Origin: Microgenomates group bacterium
GTDB taxonomy: Bacteria > Patescibacteriota > Microgenomatia > UBA1400 > MFAQ01
Direction of reading: 5' to 3'
DNA: 64,000 bases
NCBI GenBank assembly: GCA_049303575.1
Contig: JBAQNH010000002.1
Span: 508,541 to 572,540, forward strand
Shown here: piece after piece, positions 1 to 9,699 of the stretch
How positions within the stretch are numbered: the stretch's first letter is position 1
How the letters are laid out: the number at the start of each line of letters is the position of its first letter
Notes under the pieces: model-generated
What the model saw: only the letters and a program-made list of their open reading frames with translations
The model's database searches: none
Told to the model about the DNA's origin: nothing
Translations under genes and position numbers: made by a program

Positions 1-1
1 A

Positions 2-187
2 GGTCTAGCTCGTGAAATCATTAGGTCGATTCAGGAAGCCAGAAAATTGGCGGATTGTCGTCTCGACGAAAAAATTGAGATTGAACTATCTTCTTGGCCG
101 GTTAAGTATGAAGACGACATTAAACGCAAAGCTTTGGTGTCCAAAATTACCAAAGGTCCAGAACTAAAGATTGTAAGATCGAATTAA
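2..187 (+). CDS. 3' end of a class-I aminoacyl-tRNA synthetase-like gene (partial, C-terminal ~61 aa)
   Basis: Frame-2 open to the window start: ...GLAREIIRSIQEARKLADCRLDEKIEIEL...; resembles C-terminal region of IleRS-type synthetases; weak. Confidence 0.3.
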   Translation, partial: GLAREIIRSIQEARKLADCRLDEKIEIELSSWPVKYEDDIKRKALVSKITKGPELKIVRSN

Positions 188-188
188 T

Positions 189-1244
189 ATGCGTCCAAAC
201 AAGGGCTTATTTATCGCCGCCTTAATACTGGTTCTTGTTTTGGGTCTTATTACCATCTGGAGTACAGTTCCTGATCTATTTTTTACTCAGTTGGAGTTTG
301 TTGTTGCCGGTATTATCATCGTCTTTTTGCTCTCCAGACTGGACACGAGAACCTTTTTTAGCATCTCAACAGGTTTGTACGTTGCTGGTATCTTTCTTTT
401 AATTCTGACCATGATTTTAGGAAGAAACATTCGCGGTTCTGTCCGTTGGATAGATCTTGGCATCTTTAATCTTCAAACATCTGAGATTGTCAAACCCTTT
501 TTGGCCATTTTTTATGCGTCATATCTCTCCCAAAACAAAATTACCAAATGGAAAGATATTCTGAAGTTCCTTTTACTTGCCATGATTCCCGTCGCTATTG
601 TTGTTACTCAGCCAGACCTTGGCACCGCCCTAACCTTGATTTGTCTGCCCCTAGCCTTATTGATATTTACCGGGCACATAAAGAAACTCCTAATCATTGG
701 TGCTGTTTTTCTTGCTGTCGCCATTCCCCTGGAATCATATTTTCTCAAACCATATCAAAGACAAAGAATTGATACCTTCATTAACCCCTACAAAGATCCA
801 CAAGGTGCCGGATACAATGTCATCCAAGCTACTATTGCCGTCGGCTCAGGTGGTATTTTTGGCAAAGGAGTTAAACTTGGAACCCAGTCCCACCTAAATT
901 TTCTCCCTGAACGGCACACCGACTTTATTTTTGCTTCGTTTGTCGAAGAATTTGGCCTAGTCGGCGCTTCTTTCCTTCTCGCTGCCTATTTCTTTATTTT
1001 TTACACCTGTCTTCAAACCGGCAAAATTTTAAGAGATAGTCGAGCGTCACTTCTTTCACTCTCGGTCTTTACCATCATGGCATTCCAAACAGTTGTCAAC
1101 ATCGGTATGAACCTTGGAGTCATGCCTGTAACCGGAATTACCTTACCTCTTTTTTCCTACGGCGGCAGTTCTCTTCTAAGTTTTGCGATACTGATTGGAC
1201 TTCAACTCCGCCAGCTTGATTTAATCACCCCTTTTGAGATATAA
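189..1244 (+). CDS. SEDS-family peptidoglycan glycosyltransferase (FtsW/RodA)
   Basis: 10-TM profile; motifs PDLGTALTL, GKGVKLGTQSHLNFLPERHTDFIFASFVEEFGLVGA typical of FtsW/RodA. Confidence 0.85.
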   Translation: MRPNKGLFIAALILVLVLGLITIWSTVPDLFFTQLEFVVAGIIIVFLLSRLDTRTFFSISTGLYVAGIFLLILTMILGRNIRGSVRWIDLGIFNLQTSEIVKPFLAIFYASYLSQNKITKWKDILKFLLLAMIPVAIVVTQPDLGTALTLICLPLALLIFTGHIKKLLIIGAVFLAVAIPLESYFLKPYQRQRIDTFINPYKDPQGAGYNVIQATIAVGSGGIFGKGVKLGTQSHLNFLPERHTDFIFASFVEEFGLVGASFLLAAYFFIFYTCLQTGKILRDSRASLLSLSVFTIMAFQTVVNIGMNLGVMPVTGITLPLFSYGGSSLLSFAILIGLQLRQLDLITPFEI

Positions 1245-1252
1245 TTGCGCCC

Positions 1253-1579
1253 ATGGAAGACAAAAATATATATGCCGTCATTGAACTTGGCGGAAAACAG
1301 TTCTTGGTCAAACAAGGAGACAAAATTACCGCAGAGAAAATCGAGACTAAAGTTGGTGACACTCTAAAGGTTACTGAAGTACTACTGACTCATGATGGTA
1401 AAGACACCCAAATTGGTCAGCCTTACGTCGAAAAAGCCTCAGTAGAGCTTGTCCTGGATAGTACTGGCCGTGGTGAAAAAATCCGTGTAGCTAAATTTAA
1501 GGCTAAATCAAGGTACAGAAAAGTTCTTGGTCACCGACAGTCTGAGAGCTATCTCACCGTCAAGGCGATCAACCTCTAA
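1253..1579 (+). CDS. rplU: 50S ribosomal protein L21
   Basis: MYAVIELGGKQFLVKQGDKI... canonical L21 N-terminus, ~105 aa. Confidence 0.9.
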   Translation: MEDKNIYAVIELGGKQFLVKQGDKITAEKIETKVGDTLKVTEVLLTHDGKDTQIGQPYVEKASVELVLDSTGRGEKIRVAKFKAKSRYRKVLGHRQSESYLTVKAINL

Positions 1580-1585
1580 AACACA

Positions 1586-2638
1586 ATGCAATTTTTATTG
1601 TTCGTCGGAGCCAACAATACTTTGGCGGCAGAAGAAGTGTCCGTCCAAATAGAGAAGGCGACCCAAATTTCCCCTAATGTCTATCGTTTTGAGATGGGTT
1701 CTGTCGACGAAGCCAAAATAATTGCCGAGAAACTTGGATCAAGTATCAAGCTTGCCGTCCTCCTCGAAGGGGTTAGTCTAGGTGCCAAGTCCATAGCCAA
1801 TGAAATCAAAGCAAAAAATTTCTCTTTAAGTCTGTTGGGAAAAAAGGAAAATACTAACAAACTTCATCAAGAAGTCAAAGATAATCTCGAAAGAGGCAGA
1901 TTTGTCATTCCCAAAGACGAGTTTGGCGTTTCTCCGGTCATCAACAAAAAACACAAGATTGACGAGTTCTTCTTAGATATAGAAAATAACCAAGTTTGGC
2001 AAACAGTCTGGGTTCACAACTTCATGCACTGGATCAAAAAAGATCGTCACATGCCTCACATTGATCCTCAAGCCGGCATGCTTCCCCCAAAAATTGCTCG
2101 AAGTATGGTCAACTTGGTGCCCCTTTCTCCAGAAGGCAAAGTTTTAATCGATCCTTTCTGTGGCTCAGGCAGGGTTTTAATCGAAGCTGCTGAAGTAGGC
2201 TATCAAATAGGTGGAACCGACATCGTTGCCAATCAGGTTCAAGATACTATCGAAAATCTCCAATCAATGAACTTTTCGGGAAAAATAGAAGTTCTCGACG
2301 CTACCCATCTCTCTGACAAATTCGACAACGTCGATGCCATTGTTACGGAACCTTTCCTTGGAAAGTCAAAATTCAGACCAGACGAAATTCGTTACATTGT
2401 TCCTGGACTGGAAAAGCTTTATCTCGGCTGTCTCAAGGACTGGTTAAAAGTTCTCAAACCCGGCGGTTTTGTTGTCATGGTCTTCCCTTGGTTCAACGAT
2501 GGTAAAAAAGAATATAAGACGAGTGAAATAATTGACGGGAAGCTAAAGTTAAGTTACAATCCATTGAAACGCGGAATATTTTATTCACGTCCCGACGCGG
2601 ACGTCAAGCGTGAAATAGTTATCTTACAAAAACAATAA
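1586..2638 (+). CDS. SAM-dependent methyltransferase, UPF0020/Trm11-like putative RNA (guanine-N2) methylase
   Basis: Motif I DPFCGSGRVLIEAA; motif IV-like IVTEPFLG; N-terminal THUMP-like region; sits between rplU and rpmA. Confidence 0.6.
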   Translation: MQFLLFVGANNTLAAEEVSVQIEKATQISPNVYRFEMGSVDEAKIIAEKLGSSIKLAVLLEGVSLGAKSIANEIKAKNFSLSLLGKKENTNKLHQEVKDNLERGRFVIPKDEFGVSPVINKKHKIDEFFLDIENNQVWQTVWVHNFMHWIKKDRHMPHIDPQAGMLPPKIARSMVNLVPLSPEGKVLIDPFCGSGRVLIEAAEVGYQIGGTDIVANQVQDTIENLQSMNFSGKIEVLDATHLSDKFDNVDAIVTEPFLGKSKFRPDEIRYIVPGLEKLYLGCLKDWLKVLKPGGFVVMVFPWFNDGKKEYKTSEIIDGKLKLSYNPLKRGIFYSRPDADVKREIVILQKQ

Positions 2639-2644
2639 AAATAT

Positions 2645-2896
2645 ATGGCACATGTCAAATCAGGAGGAGCGACCAGACAACACGCTCAACGTCCCGGCAA
2701 AAGACTAGGAGTCAAGATTTATGGTGGTCAAGAAATCAAAACCGGCCAAATCATTGTCCGTCAACGTGGAGCAGGAGTACATCCTGGTGTCAACACCGAC
2801 AAAGGTCGTGACTTTACCGTTTACGCTACTGCCCCTGGAAACGTCAAATATCGTAAGCTAAATGGGGTTAAATACGTAGACGTAATCACAAAATAA
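2645..2896 (+). CDS. rpmA: 50S ribosomal protein L27
   Basis: MAHVKSGGATRQ...RLGVKIYGGQ...VRQRG canonical L27; no N-terminal Prp-cleaved extension. Confidence 0.9.
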   Translation: MAHVKSGGATRQHAQRPGKRLGVKIYGGQEIKTGQIIVRQRGAGVHPGVNTDKGRDFTVYATAPGNVKYRKLNGVKYVDVITK

Positions 2897-3886
2897 ATGG
2901 AAGAAAATCAACAGGTTGCAAGATTACCACTAGACCATCTTCAACCCAATCCTCTTCAGCCAAGAGGAGTGATTACTCCTGAATCTCTTTCCGAACTTAT
3001 TGACTCCATCAAGACCCACGGCATCATTCAACCTCTTGTTGTAGCACACACCCCCGCAGGCTATCAGATCATCGCCGGAGAACGTCGTTGGAGAGCTAGC
3101 CGTCTCGCCGGTCTTACTGAAGTTCCCGTTAGAATCATCGAAACCACTCCTCAGGGGATGCTTGAGATGGCCATCGTAGAAAATGTTCAACGCACCGACC
3201 TTAACCCTATTGATAGAGCCAACTCCTTCGAGCGTCTCATCAAAGAATTTTCTTTAACCAACTCGGATATCTGCACCCGCATCGGCAAAAGTCCAGCTTA
3301 TGTCAGTAACACTTTTCGCCTTCTCGAACTTCCAGATGCACTTAAGGATGGACTGATCTCGGGAGTCATCACCGAAGGTCATGCAAGAGCCTTAGCTGCC
3401 ATTCCCGACACCCAAGCCATGATAGAGGCCTACAAGATGATTCTTCGTGAAGGTGGCTCTGTGAGACGTGCGGAAGAGCTTTCTCGCCGTTTCAAAAAAA
3501 CCATGCATCGTTCCAAGCCATCCGATGGTTTCAACACCAAGACCGTTAATGAATCTATAGACAACATGGCAACAGCCATCGGTCGGTCGATAGGGGAGAA
3601 CGTTAACGTCAAAATGCGCCGTTCTAGAGTCGAAACTGCCATCCATATTGTTCTCAAAGGTAATCCTGAAGAAACCGAAACCCAAATTCAAAGAATCTAT
3701 GACTTAATCGTTGGAGTTCCCAAGCCGGAAGTTCAAGCTGAAAAGGAAGAAGAAATCAAGACACAAGAATCTCCAACTGAAAACACCTACTCCAATCCTT
3801 TTGAACCAATGCTGGAAAAACCGTCCTACAGTCAACCATCCGACCCCATTGTTCCTCGAGACCCCGACAACCTCTCTGAATACTAA
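2897..3886 (+). CDS. parB: ParB/Spo0J-family partition protein with long low-complexity C-terminal tail
   Basis: ParB box GYQIIAGERRWRASRLAGLTEVPVRI, HTH region; P/E/S-rich C-terminus; no parA adjacent. Confidence 0.8.
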   Translation: MEENQQVARLPLDHLQPNPLQPRGVITPESLSELIDSIKTHGIIQPLVVAHTPAGYQIIAGERRWRASRLAGLTEVPVRIIETTPQGMLEMAIVENVQRTDLNPIDRANSFERLIKEFSLTNSDICTRIGKSPAYVSNTFRLLELPDALKDGLISGVITEGHARALAAIPDTQAMIEAYKMILREGGSVRRAEELSRRFKKTMHRSKPSDGFNTKTVNESIDNMATAIGRSIGENVNVKMRRSRVETAIHIVLKGNPEETETQIQRIYDLIVGVPKPEVQAEKEEEIKTQESPTENTYSNPFEPMLEKPSYSQPSDPIVPRDPDNLSEY

Positions 3887-3889
3887 GTT

Positions 3890-4459
3890 CTAATTGGAAG
3901 CTCTGGTTTGATTGGAGATTACTCCGACTACATTTGACGGCCAGTATCGAAAAAACACCCTTCCCACAATATTTTGTTCTGGTACCGGACCCCAATCACG
4001 GCTATCCGATGAATGACCACGATTATCCCCAAAAGCCATAACTTCACCAGGTTGCACTGTATAGCTTTCTCCCTCCAACAAAAACTGCCCCGGGTTGGTA
4101 ACCACATCATCTGAAAGATAGTACTCGTCAAGCACCTGGCCATCAATATATACATTGCCGTTCTTAACCATCACTGTCTGCCCGGGAAGAGCAACCACCC
4201 TTTTTATAAAGTCAAAATTCTCATTTACCGGAGCCTTAAAAACAATTACATCTCCATATTTAGGTAGTCCTCTTTGATAGGTAATTTTATCGGTTAGTAA
4301 GTACTCTTTATCCTTAAATGTTGGGTACATTGATGCACCCTTCACCTGATGAGGCTGCATCAAAAACAAGTAAACAACTACAAAAACCGAAGCAGAGATC
4401 ACAAAAGCCTCAACAAACTCATATACAATCTTGATAAAACTTCTAAAGAAACGCATCAT
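3890..4459 (-). CDS. lepB: Signal peptidase I
   Basis: N-terminal TM; catalytic Ser box KGASMYPTF; Lys box IKRVVALPGQTV; GDNRGHSSDSRDWGPV box E. Confidence 0.85.
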   Translation of the reverse strand: MMRFFRSFIKIVYEFVEAFVISASVFVVVYLFLMQPHQVKGASMYPTFKDKEYLLTDKITYQRGLPKYGDVIVFKAPVNENFDFIKRVVALPGQTVMVKNGNVYIDGQVLDEYYLSDDVVTNPGQFLLEGESYTVQPGEVMAFGDNRGHSSDSRDWGPVPEQNIVGRVFFRYWPSNVVGVISNQTRASN

Positions 4460-4475
4460 TTAAGTTTAATGCGGT

Positions 4476-4484
4476 TGATATAAT
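4476..4484 (+). promoter_or_regulatory. Extended -10 promoter element (TGaTATAAT) ~10 nt upstream of tRNA-Val
   Basis: TGATATAAT at 4476-4484, tRNA starts 4495. Confidence 0.35.
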
Positions 4485-4494
4485 ATATCAAGTT

Positions 4495-4571
4495 GGATCT
4501 GTAGCTCAGTTGGTTAGAGCGCTTCATTCACATTGAAGAGGTCACTGGTTCGAATCCAGTCAGATCCACCA
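4495..4571 (+). tRNA. tRNA-Val (anticodon CAC), CCA encoded
   Basis: Manual cloverleaf: GGATCTG/CAGATCC acceptor, GCTC/GAGC D-stem, CTTCA/TGAAG anticodon stem, loop TTCACAT, TTCGAAT T-loop, A-CCA. Confidence 0.85.
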
Positions 4572-7475
4572 AAAGAATTTAATAGAGGCTTTTTCATTTC
4601 TCTGAATTGAACTGACGCATTGACCTTGGTTTTTAAAGCCAAACAAGCGATACAATTCCCAACCACCCCTTTTGCATTGTTCTATATTTGTTGGAGGATT
4701 CTTAATGATATATGTGACAGATTTAGAAGATTGGTTTCCCGCGTGATCTATAGCAAGAATCGAAACTGTATGGATACCTTCGTTGGTTGACCAACCGCTC
4801 ACATTAACATCAGGATTATCATCAAAGTTATCGACGACACTATATGATACCCCCGGAAGATTCCATGACTGAAAGGTTCCAGCAGTAGGTGTAATAATTG
4901 TGATCGTGGGAGCGGTAATGTCAAAAATTATCTGTTTTCCTTCAATACCACCTTCAACATTTCCTGCAACATCAGTTGCCCGCGAACGAATTATGTATTT
5001 TCCTTCAATGGGAGATGCAATTGTGTAGCTCCAATTTGTTGTTCCGTCGGCAGCGACAATATCTTCAACTCCTAGAGGGTCATTAATAATCAAGTCCACT
5101 TTTGCGACCCCACTTACGTTATCTATTGCCGTCCCCATTATTTTTCCGCTCCAAACATTTAAGAGTGGTGGTAAAGAAAATGTACTCGTCGGGGCAAGAT
5201 GATCCAGGGTCACTGTCCAGACTTGACTCCAAGCGCTGAAGTTACCGGCCGTGTCCTTAGCCCTCACTTGCCAGTACCAAGTTCCATCAGGAGCCCCTGT
5301 GGAATGAACCGTGTTATTTGACAGTGTACCGGACTGCCACAATCCAGTCGTTAATATGCCCTCTACTTGCACGGGGTTCATCGACGATTGAAACTCATAT
5401 GTAACCTCTCCACCCCTGTCATCAGTTGAGGCATCCCAAGTGAAATCAAATTCGTTCGTGGACGAATACGATCCATTTGGCAGACCATCTGTAGGTATAG
5501 ATGGGGGAACTTCATCGATTAGTCTTGCCGTAACACCTGTTCCATCAACTTGTACATCATAGCGATCAACCTGACCTGTATTATTCAAATCACCGCCAAC
5601 AACACTCCACTTTGCCATATCTCCTATATCTCCCAGATGAAGTTTATACTGTCCCTTTGTACCTTCTTCCGTAATCTTTACAACCAATTCTTCGTCATTA
5701 TATCCAGGCAGTATAAACAATTTGTCGTCTGGAAAATATAATCCCAACTGGTCGTTACACTTTGTAATTTCGATGGAATCACAGACGTCAAGTTTTCCAG
5801 GTGACCGTAAGGCAGCCACAAACACTTCTCTATTGTCATCAGCAACCCCACTTAAAGCCTTTGTTTGATCCAAGCCTAACACTCCAAATATTTTTTGAAT
5901 ATTGTCAGTTTTGGTAACCAACTCACCATGCCAACCTGATCCCTCAAGAATATTCGAAAAAATACCCCTTGCACTTTCCTCCGTGACCGTTCCATCCCCG
6001 CTTACGACTTCAAACGGATTATTGCTTGGTTTACCATCAATCCATCGGTACAAAGCAAGATCTTCTTCCGGTGGAGCAACTACATTAACAATATTGTTAG
6101 TTTGAATGTCATTGCTAAAGATGGCAGTTGTTAAGGAATCAATTTGAGAAACGTTTTGATTCAAGGTGCTTAGATACAAATTTTTTTGACTAAGGGAAGA
6201 CCAGGGAATAACCAATCCATCTTTTTTCAAAAAATCATAAATAGGTAGCAAATCTCTTAATGACGGGGCAAGTCTCTGAACTGTCTGGACATTAGATTCA
6301 CCAACATTAGCTCCAAAATGTGTTGTTAGCTCAAGAGCCACTTTTGCCCACCAAACATCATTCCAGATTGTTGCGCCTTCCCAAACTCCGTATGCCTCGG
6401 TTGCTCCCTTATTTGGCGATCCTACGGTAACAATTTCATTTATTCGATTAACCCCATGCTTTTGAGCATACGCTCTGGCTACCAGACCACCCATACTATG
6501 CCCAACTAGATTGACCTTATGCCCTACAGGAATATTGGTGCTGACATATTCGTTAAGCCGGTCGGCCAAATCATCCAGGGGTCTTCTCCAGTCATATGGA
6601 AAAACAAAGAGGTCAGTATTTTCCGTATATCCAGCATTCACAAAAGAATTAATTAACCCATCATACTGAGAAACAAAACTGGGAATCTGCCAATTACTCC
6701 CAACATTTCCTGTAAGAATTGCCCCGACATCCCAACTTGCCCCAAGACCGGGAATAAGTATTGTTGGATATTTTGAATTAATCGGAACAATATGTATGTA
6801 GTCAATCTCGAAGGAAGACCAAAAATCTACAGTTCCTGTTTTAAGAGAATTACCAAACCACATTTTTTTTGGCCTCTTCTGATTAAAATCAGAGACATAA
6901 ATCGGAGAAATATCTCCATCTAAATAAACCAAATATTGTCCACGATCAGAATAATCTATTCTAATGTCATGAGTATTAAAGTCAGGAACACGTGTGAGAG
7001 GTTTAAGGAGTTTAAGCTCGTTGCATTCTACACCATCCACATTACACAAAAACTTTTGAAACGATAATCCTGTAGGTTGATCCTGCCATATGACAAAGGT
7101 TATAAAAGCAGGAATATTTGATCCGGGGTCAATACCATTTGCAGGAACGTTTTCAGATGATATTATAATTCCATCACCGAAATTACCCGCAGATAAATAC
7201 CGATATCTAATTTCTATCGAAAATGGTCCAAATTCCGGAAATATATTGGATTTTGTAAATACGTATGGAAATGATTTAGACTTGATAGTTGACCTTAGAA
7301 GCGCCATTTTTCCATCCCCAACAATTATTTGCCCAGAATTGCTATACTCTTGCCATACATTAGAATCCAGAGAGGTTCCCATAAAATCTTCACTAAAAAA
7401 AGAAAAAACACTTTTTGGAATCAAAAAAAACAACAAACAACTGAATACAAAAAACGCTCGTATCAATGCAGGCAT
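4560..7475 (-). CDS. Large secreted multidomain lipase/esterase (concanavalin/LamG-like N-domain, alpha/beta-hydrolase lipase, FN3/Big-like C-terminal domains)
   Basis: Signal peptide MPALIRAFFVFSCLLFFLIPKSVFS (start moved to internal Met); lipase nucleophile elbow LVGHSMGGLVARAY; FN3-like GTWYWQVRAKDTAGNFSAWS; 3' end overlaps tRNA-Val antisense by ~12 nt. Confidence 0.65.
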   Translation of the reverse strand: MPALIRAFFVFSCLLFFLIPKSVFSFFSEDFMGTSLDSNVWQEYSNSGQIIVGDGKMALLRSTIKSKSFPYVFTKSNIFPEFGPFSIEIRYRYLSAGNFGDGIIISSENVPANGIDPGSNIPAFITFVIWQDQPTGLSFQKFLCNVDGVECNELKLLKPLTRVPDFNTHDIRIDYSDRGQYLVYLDGDISPIYVSDFNQKRPKKMWFGNSLKTGTVDFWSSFEIDYIHIVPINSKYPTILIPGLGASWDVGAILTGNVGSNWQIPSFVSQYDGLINSFVNAGYTENTDLFVFPYDWRRPLDDLADRLNEYVSTNIPVGHKVNLVGHSMGGLVARAYAQKHGVNRINEIVTVGSPNKGATEAYGVWEGATIWNDVWWAKVALELTTHFGANVGESNVQTVQRLAPSLRDLLPIYDFLKKDGLVIPWSSLSQKNLYLSTLNQNVSQIDSLTTAIFSNDIQTNNIVNVVAPPEEDLALYRWIDGKPSNNPFEVVSGDGTVTEESARGIFSNILEGSGWHGELVTKTDNIQKIFGVLGLDQTKALSGVADDNREVFVAALRSPGKLDVCDSIEITKCNDQLGLYFPDDKLFILPGYNDEELVVKITEEGTKGQYKLHLGDIGDMAKWSVVGGDLNNTGQVDRYDVQVDGTGVTARLIDEVPPSIPTDGLPNGSYSSTNEFDFTWDASTDDRGGEVTYEFQSSMNPVQVEGILTTGLWQSGTLSNNTVHSTGAPDGTWYWQVRAKDTAGNFSAWSQVWTVTLDHLAPTSTFSLPPLLNVWSGKIMGTAIDNVSGVAKVDLIINDPLGVEDIVAADGTTNWSYTIASPIEGKYIIRSRATDVAGNVEGGIEGKQIIFDITAPTITIITPTAGTFQSWNLPGVSYSVVDNFDDNPDVNVSGWSTNEGIHTVSILAIDHAGNQSSKSVTYIIKNPPTNIEQCKRGGWELYRLFGFKNQGQCVSSIQRNEKASIKFFWWI

Positions 7476-7501
7476 AACACAATCATTATAGCAAAAATTC
7501 A

Positions 7502-8611
7502 ATGATCATCCAAAACAATAGAATTGCCATTTTCCACAATCTTCCAGAGGGGGGAGGACTCAGGATGATTAATAATATTGTCAACAGATATAAAAATAAA
7601 TTTGAAATTGATTTATACATTATCAGTGATATAAAACCCAAAAAAATCGCGGGGGTGACGAACAATTATATTCAAGTAAAACCTTGGAAAGGATTCATTC
7701 AAAGAAACATGTGGATATTTTTTGTACTTCCAACAATACACAAAAAACTAGCTAGGACAATTAACAAAACTTATAAAAAAATTTTAGTTACCCACGATTA
7801 TTTTACAAAATCACCATATTTACTTAGATATTTAAAAATAAACAATATTTATTTATGTCAAGAAACTCAAAGAGAATTTTACGAACCATGGGGAATACAC
7901 GCACCGTCACTGAGAGAGAAAGTTGCAAACATATTTAGATTACCGATAAAAACAATTGACAAGGTTAATACGACGTCAGCAGGAACAATAATTTGCAACT
8001 CAAAGTATTCACAGGCGGCGATAAAGAGTGCATATAACAGGGATAGTCACATTGTCTATCCAGGAGTTAACGAAAATTTTTTCAAGCCACAGAGTTCAAA
8101 AAAAGAAAAAATAATTCTATGTGTTGGCGGATTGAACCCTGTTAAAAATCAATTATTTTTAATATCTTCACTCAAACCAATACTTAATGAATACAAACTA
8201 GTACTAGTTGGAACGGGAAAGAAAGAATATATAAAAAAAATTATGCATCAGAGTGGTAGCAGTTCAAAAATAGAAATAGTAAAAAACATTTCAGATGTAG
8301 GACTAAGATCTCTATATAGAAGAGCAATGGTTACCTGTATTTCTGCATACAAAGAGCCTTTTGGGCTCTCGTCTCTTGAGTCACAATCGTGTAGTACACC
8401 CGTGGTTTCAGTTAAAGAAGGTGGTCCAATTGAAACCATCATCAACGGAAAAACAGGATATCTAGCACAAAAAGACTCAGGTAAATATCTTGGTATGGTT
8501 TTATCGGCGATAGCAAATAATGTCAAAATGGGGAAGAACGCACGAAAGAATATAATCAATAAGTGGACGTGGAAGAAAACATTAAGGGAATTTGACAAAT
8601 ATTTAATATGA
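7502..8611 (+). CDS. Glycosyltransferase family 1 (GT4)
   Basis: EPFGLSSLESQSCSTPVVSVKEGGPIETIINGKTGYL EX7E-type motif. Confidence 0.8.
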   Translation: MIIQNNRIAIFHNLPEGGGLRMINNIVNRYKNKFEIDLYIISDIKPKKIAGVTNNYIQVKPWKGFIQRNMWIFFVLPTIHKKLARTINKTYKKILVTHDYFTKSPYLLRYLKINNIYLCQETQREFYEPWGIHAPSLREKVANIFRLPIKTIDKVNTTSAGTIICNSKYSQAAIKSAYNRDSHIVYPGVNENFFKPQSSKKEKIILCVGGLNPVKNQLFLISSLKPILNEYKLVLVGTGKKEYIKKIMHQSGSSSKIEIVKNISDVGLRSLYRRAMVTCISAYKEPFGLSSLESQSCSTPVVSVKEGGPIETIINGKTGYLAQKDSGKYLGMVLSAIANNVKMGKNARKNIINKWTWKKTLREFDKYLI

Positions 8612-9699
8612 AAATTTCAATCGTCAGAGGAGCCTTTTTAAATCCCTTCGAACTGCAAAATTATTATTCTCTGAAGGACAAATATAATATCACCGCAATA
8701 TCATCCAAACACCCCATTTCTTCAGTAATAGACTTACCCCTAATTAAACTTTGGTCACCAACAGATCTTCCCAACTTTCCTTTCAAATACCCAATTCTTA
8801 ATAGAATTTTCATTGACGCCCAAAAACTTGGGAACTTGGAAAAGGTTATCAAAGGCAGCGACATCGTTCATGTCGCCGAGACATATTTCGGCTACACCTA
8901 TCAGGCCATCATGGCCAAGAGGAGGGGATTAATACGGCGTATTGTTAGTACTGTTTGGGAGATAATACCGTTTAACAATGAGGGAATAAAGGGCAGAAAA
9001 AAATACAAAAAATTAGCTTACGAAAATGTAGATCGATTTATTGCCGTTACAGAAAAAGCCAAAGAGACATTAATCAAAGAGGGGGTTAAACCAGAAAAAA
9101 TTTCCGTCGTCAATATGGGCATTGATCTAAAAAAATTCCACCCTCACTCATTCAAAAAACAAACCGAGGATATCAATATTCTTTGTGTAGCCCGTCTAGT
9201 TCCGGAGAAGGGAATAGATGACCTTTTGGAGGCATTCTTGGCCATAAAGGAAAAAAATTCCAAAGTGAAACTAACCTTCATCGGCTCCGGACCACTTAAA
9301 AAAGAATTAATTGGTTACAAAAATATTTTTGTAAAATCACTCCCCTATCAGAAAATAAATAGAGAATATCGGAGGGCTGATATTTTCTGTCTTCCTAGCC
9401 GAGAAACCAAAATTTGGGCAGAACAGTATGGCATGAGCCTCCTGGAAGCCATGGCTAGTGGCCTTCCTATTGTCACCACTAATAGCGGCGCGATTCCGGA
9501 AGTGGTTGGTGAGACCGCCCTTATCTCCCCGCATTCAAACATTAAAGAATTAAAAACAAACCTAGAGAAACTAATTTATAATGAAGATTTAAGACACTCG
9601 CTCTCCATAGCTGCCCGCCAAAGAGCAGTGGAGAAATACGACTGTCTTAAAATTGGGAAACAAATAGAAAAAATCTACGAAGAAATTGCATGTCGATAA
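8608..9699 (+). CDS. Glycosyltransferase family 1 (GT4)
   Basis: EQYGMSLLEAMASGLPIVTTNSGAIPEVV; 4-nt overlap with upstream GT. Confidence 0.8.
   Translation: MKISIVRGAFLNPFELQNYYSLKDKYNITAISSKHPISSVIDLPLIKLWSPTDLPNFPFKYPILNRIFIDAQKLGNLEKVIKGSDIVHVAETYFGYTYQAIMAKRRGLIRRIVSTVWEIIPFNNEGIKGRKKYKKLAYENVDRFIAVTEKAKETLIKEGVKPEKISVVNMGIDLKKFHPHSFKKQTEDINILCVARLVPEKGIDDLLEAFLAIKEKNSKVKLTFIGSGPLKKELIGYKNIFVKSLPYQKINREYRRADIFCLPSRETKIWAEQYGMSLLEAMASGLPIVTTNSGAIPEVVGETALISPHSNIKELKTNLEKLIYNEDLRHSLSIAARQRAVEKYDCLKIGKQIEKIYEEIACR

Noticed and set aside
548-897. Small overlapping ORFs (548-772, 697-897) inside the SEDS gene, and similar antisense ORFs inside parB, the lipase gene, dnaE and the P-type ATPase gene
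   Set aside because: They are embedded in well-supported conserved genes, with no motifs. Typical frame noise.
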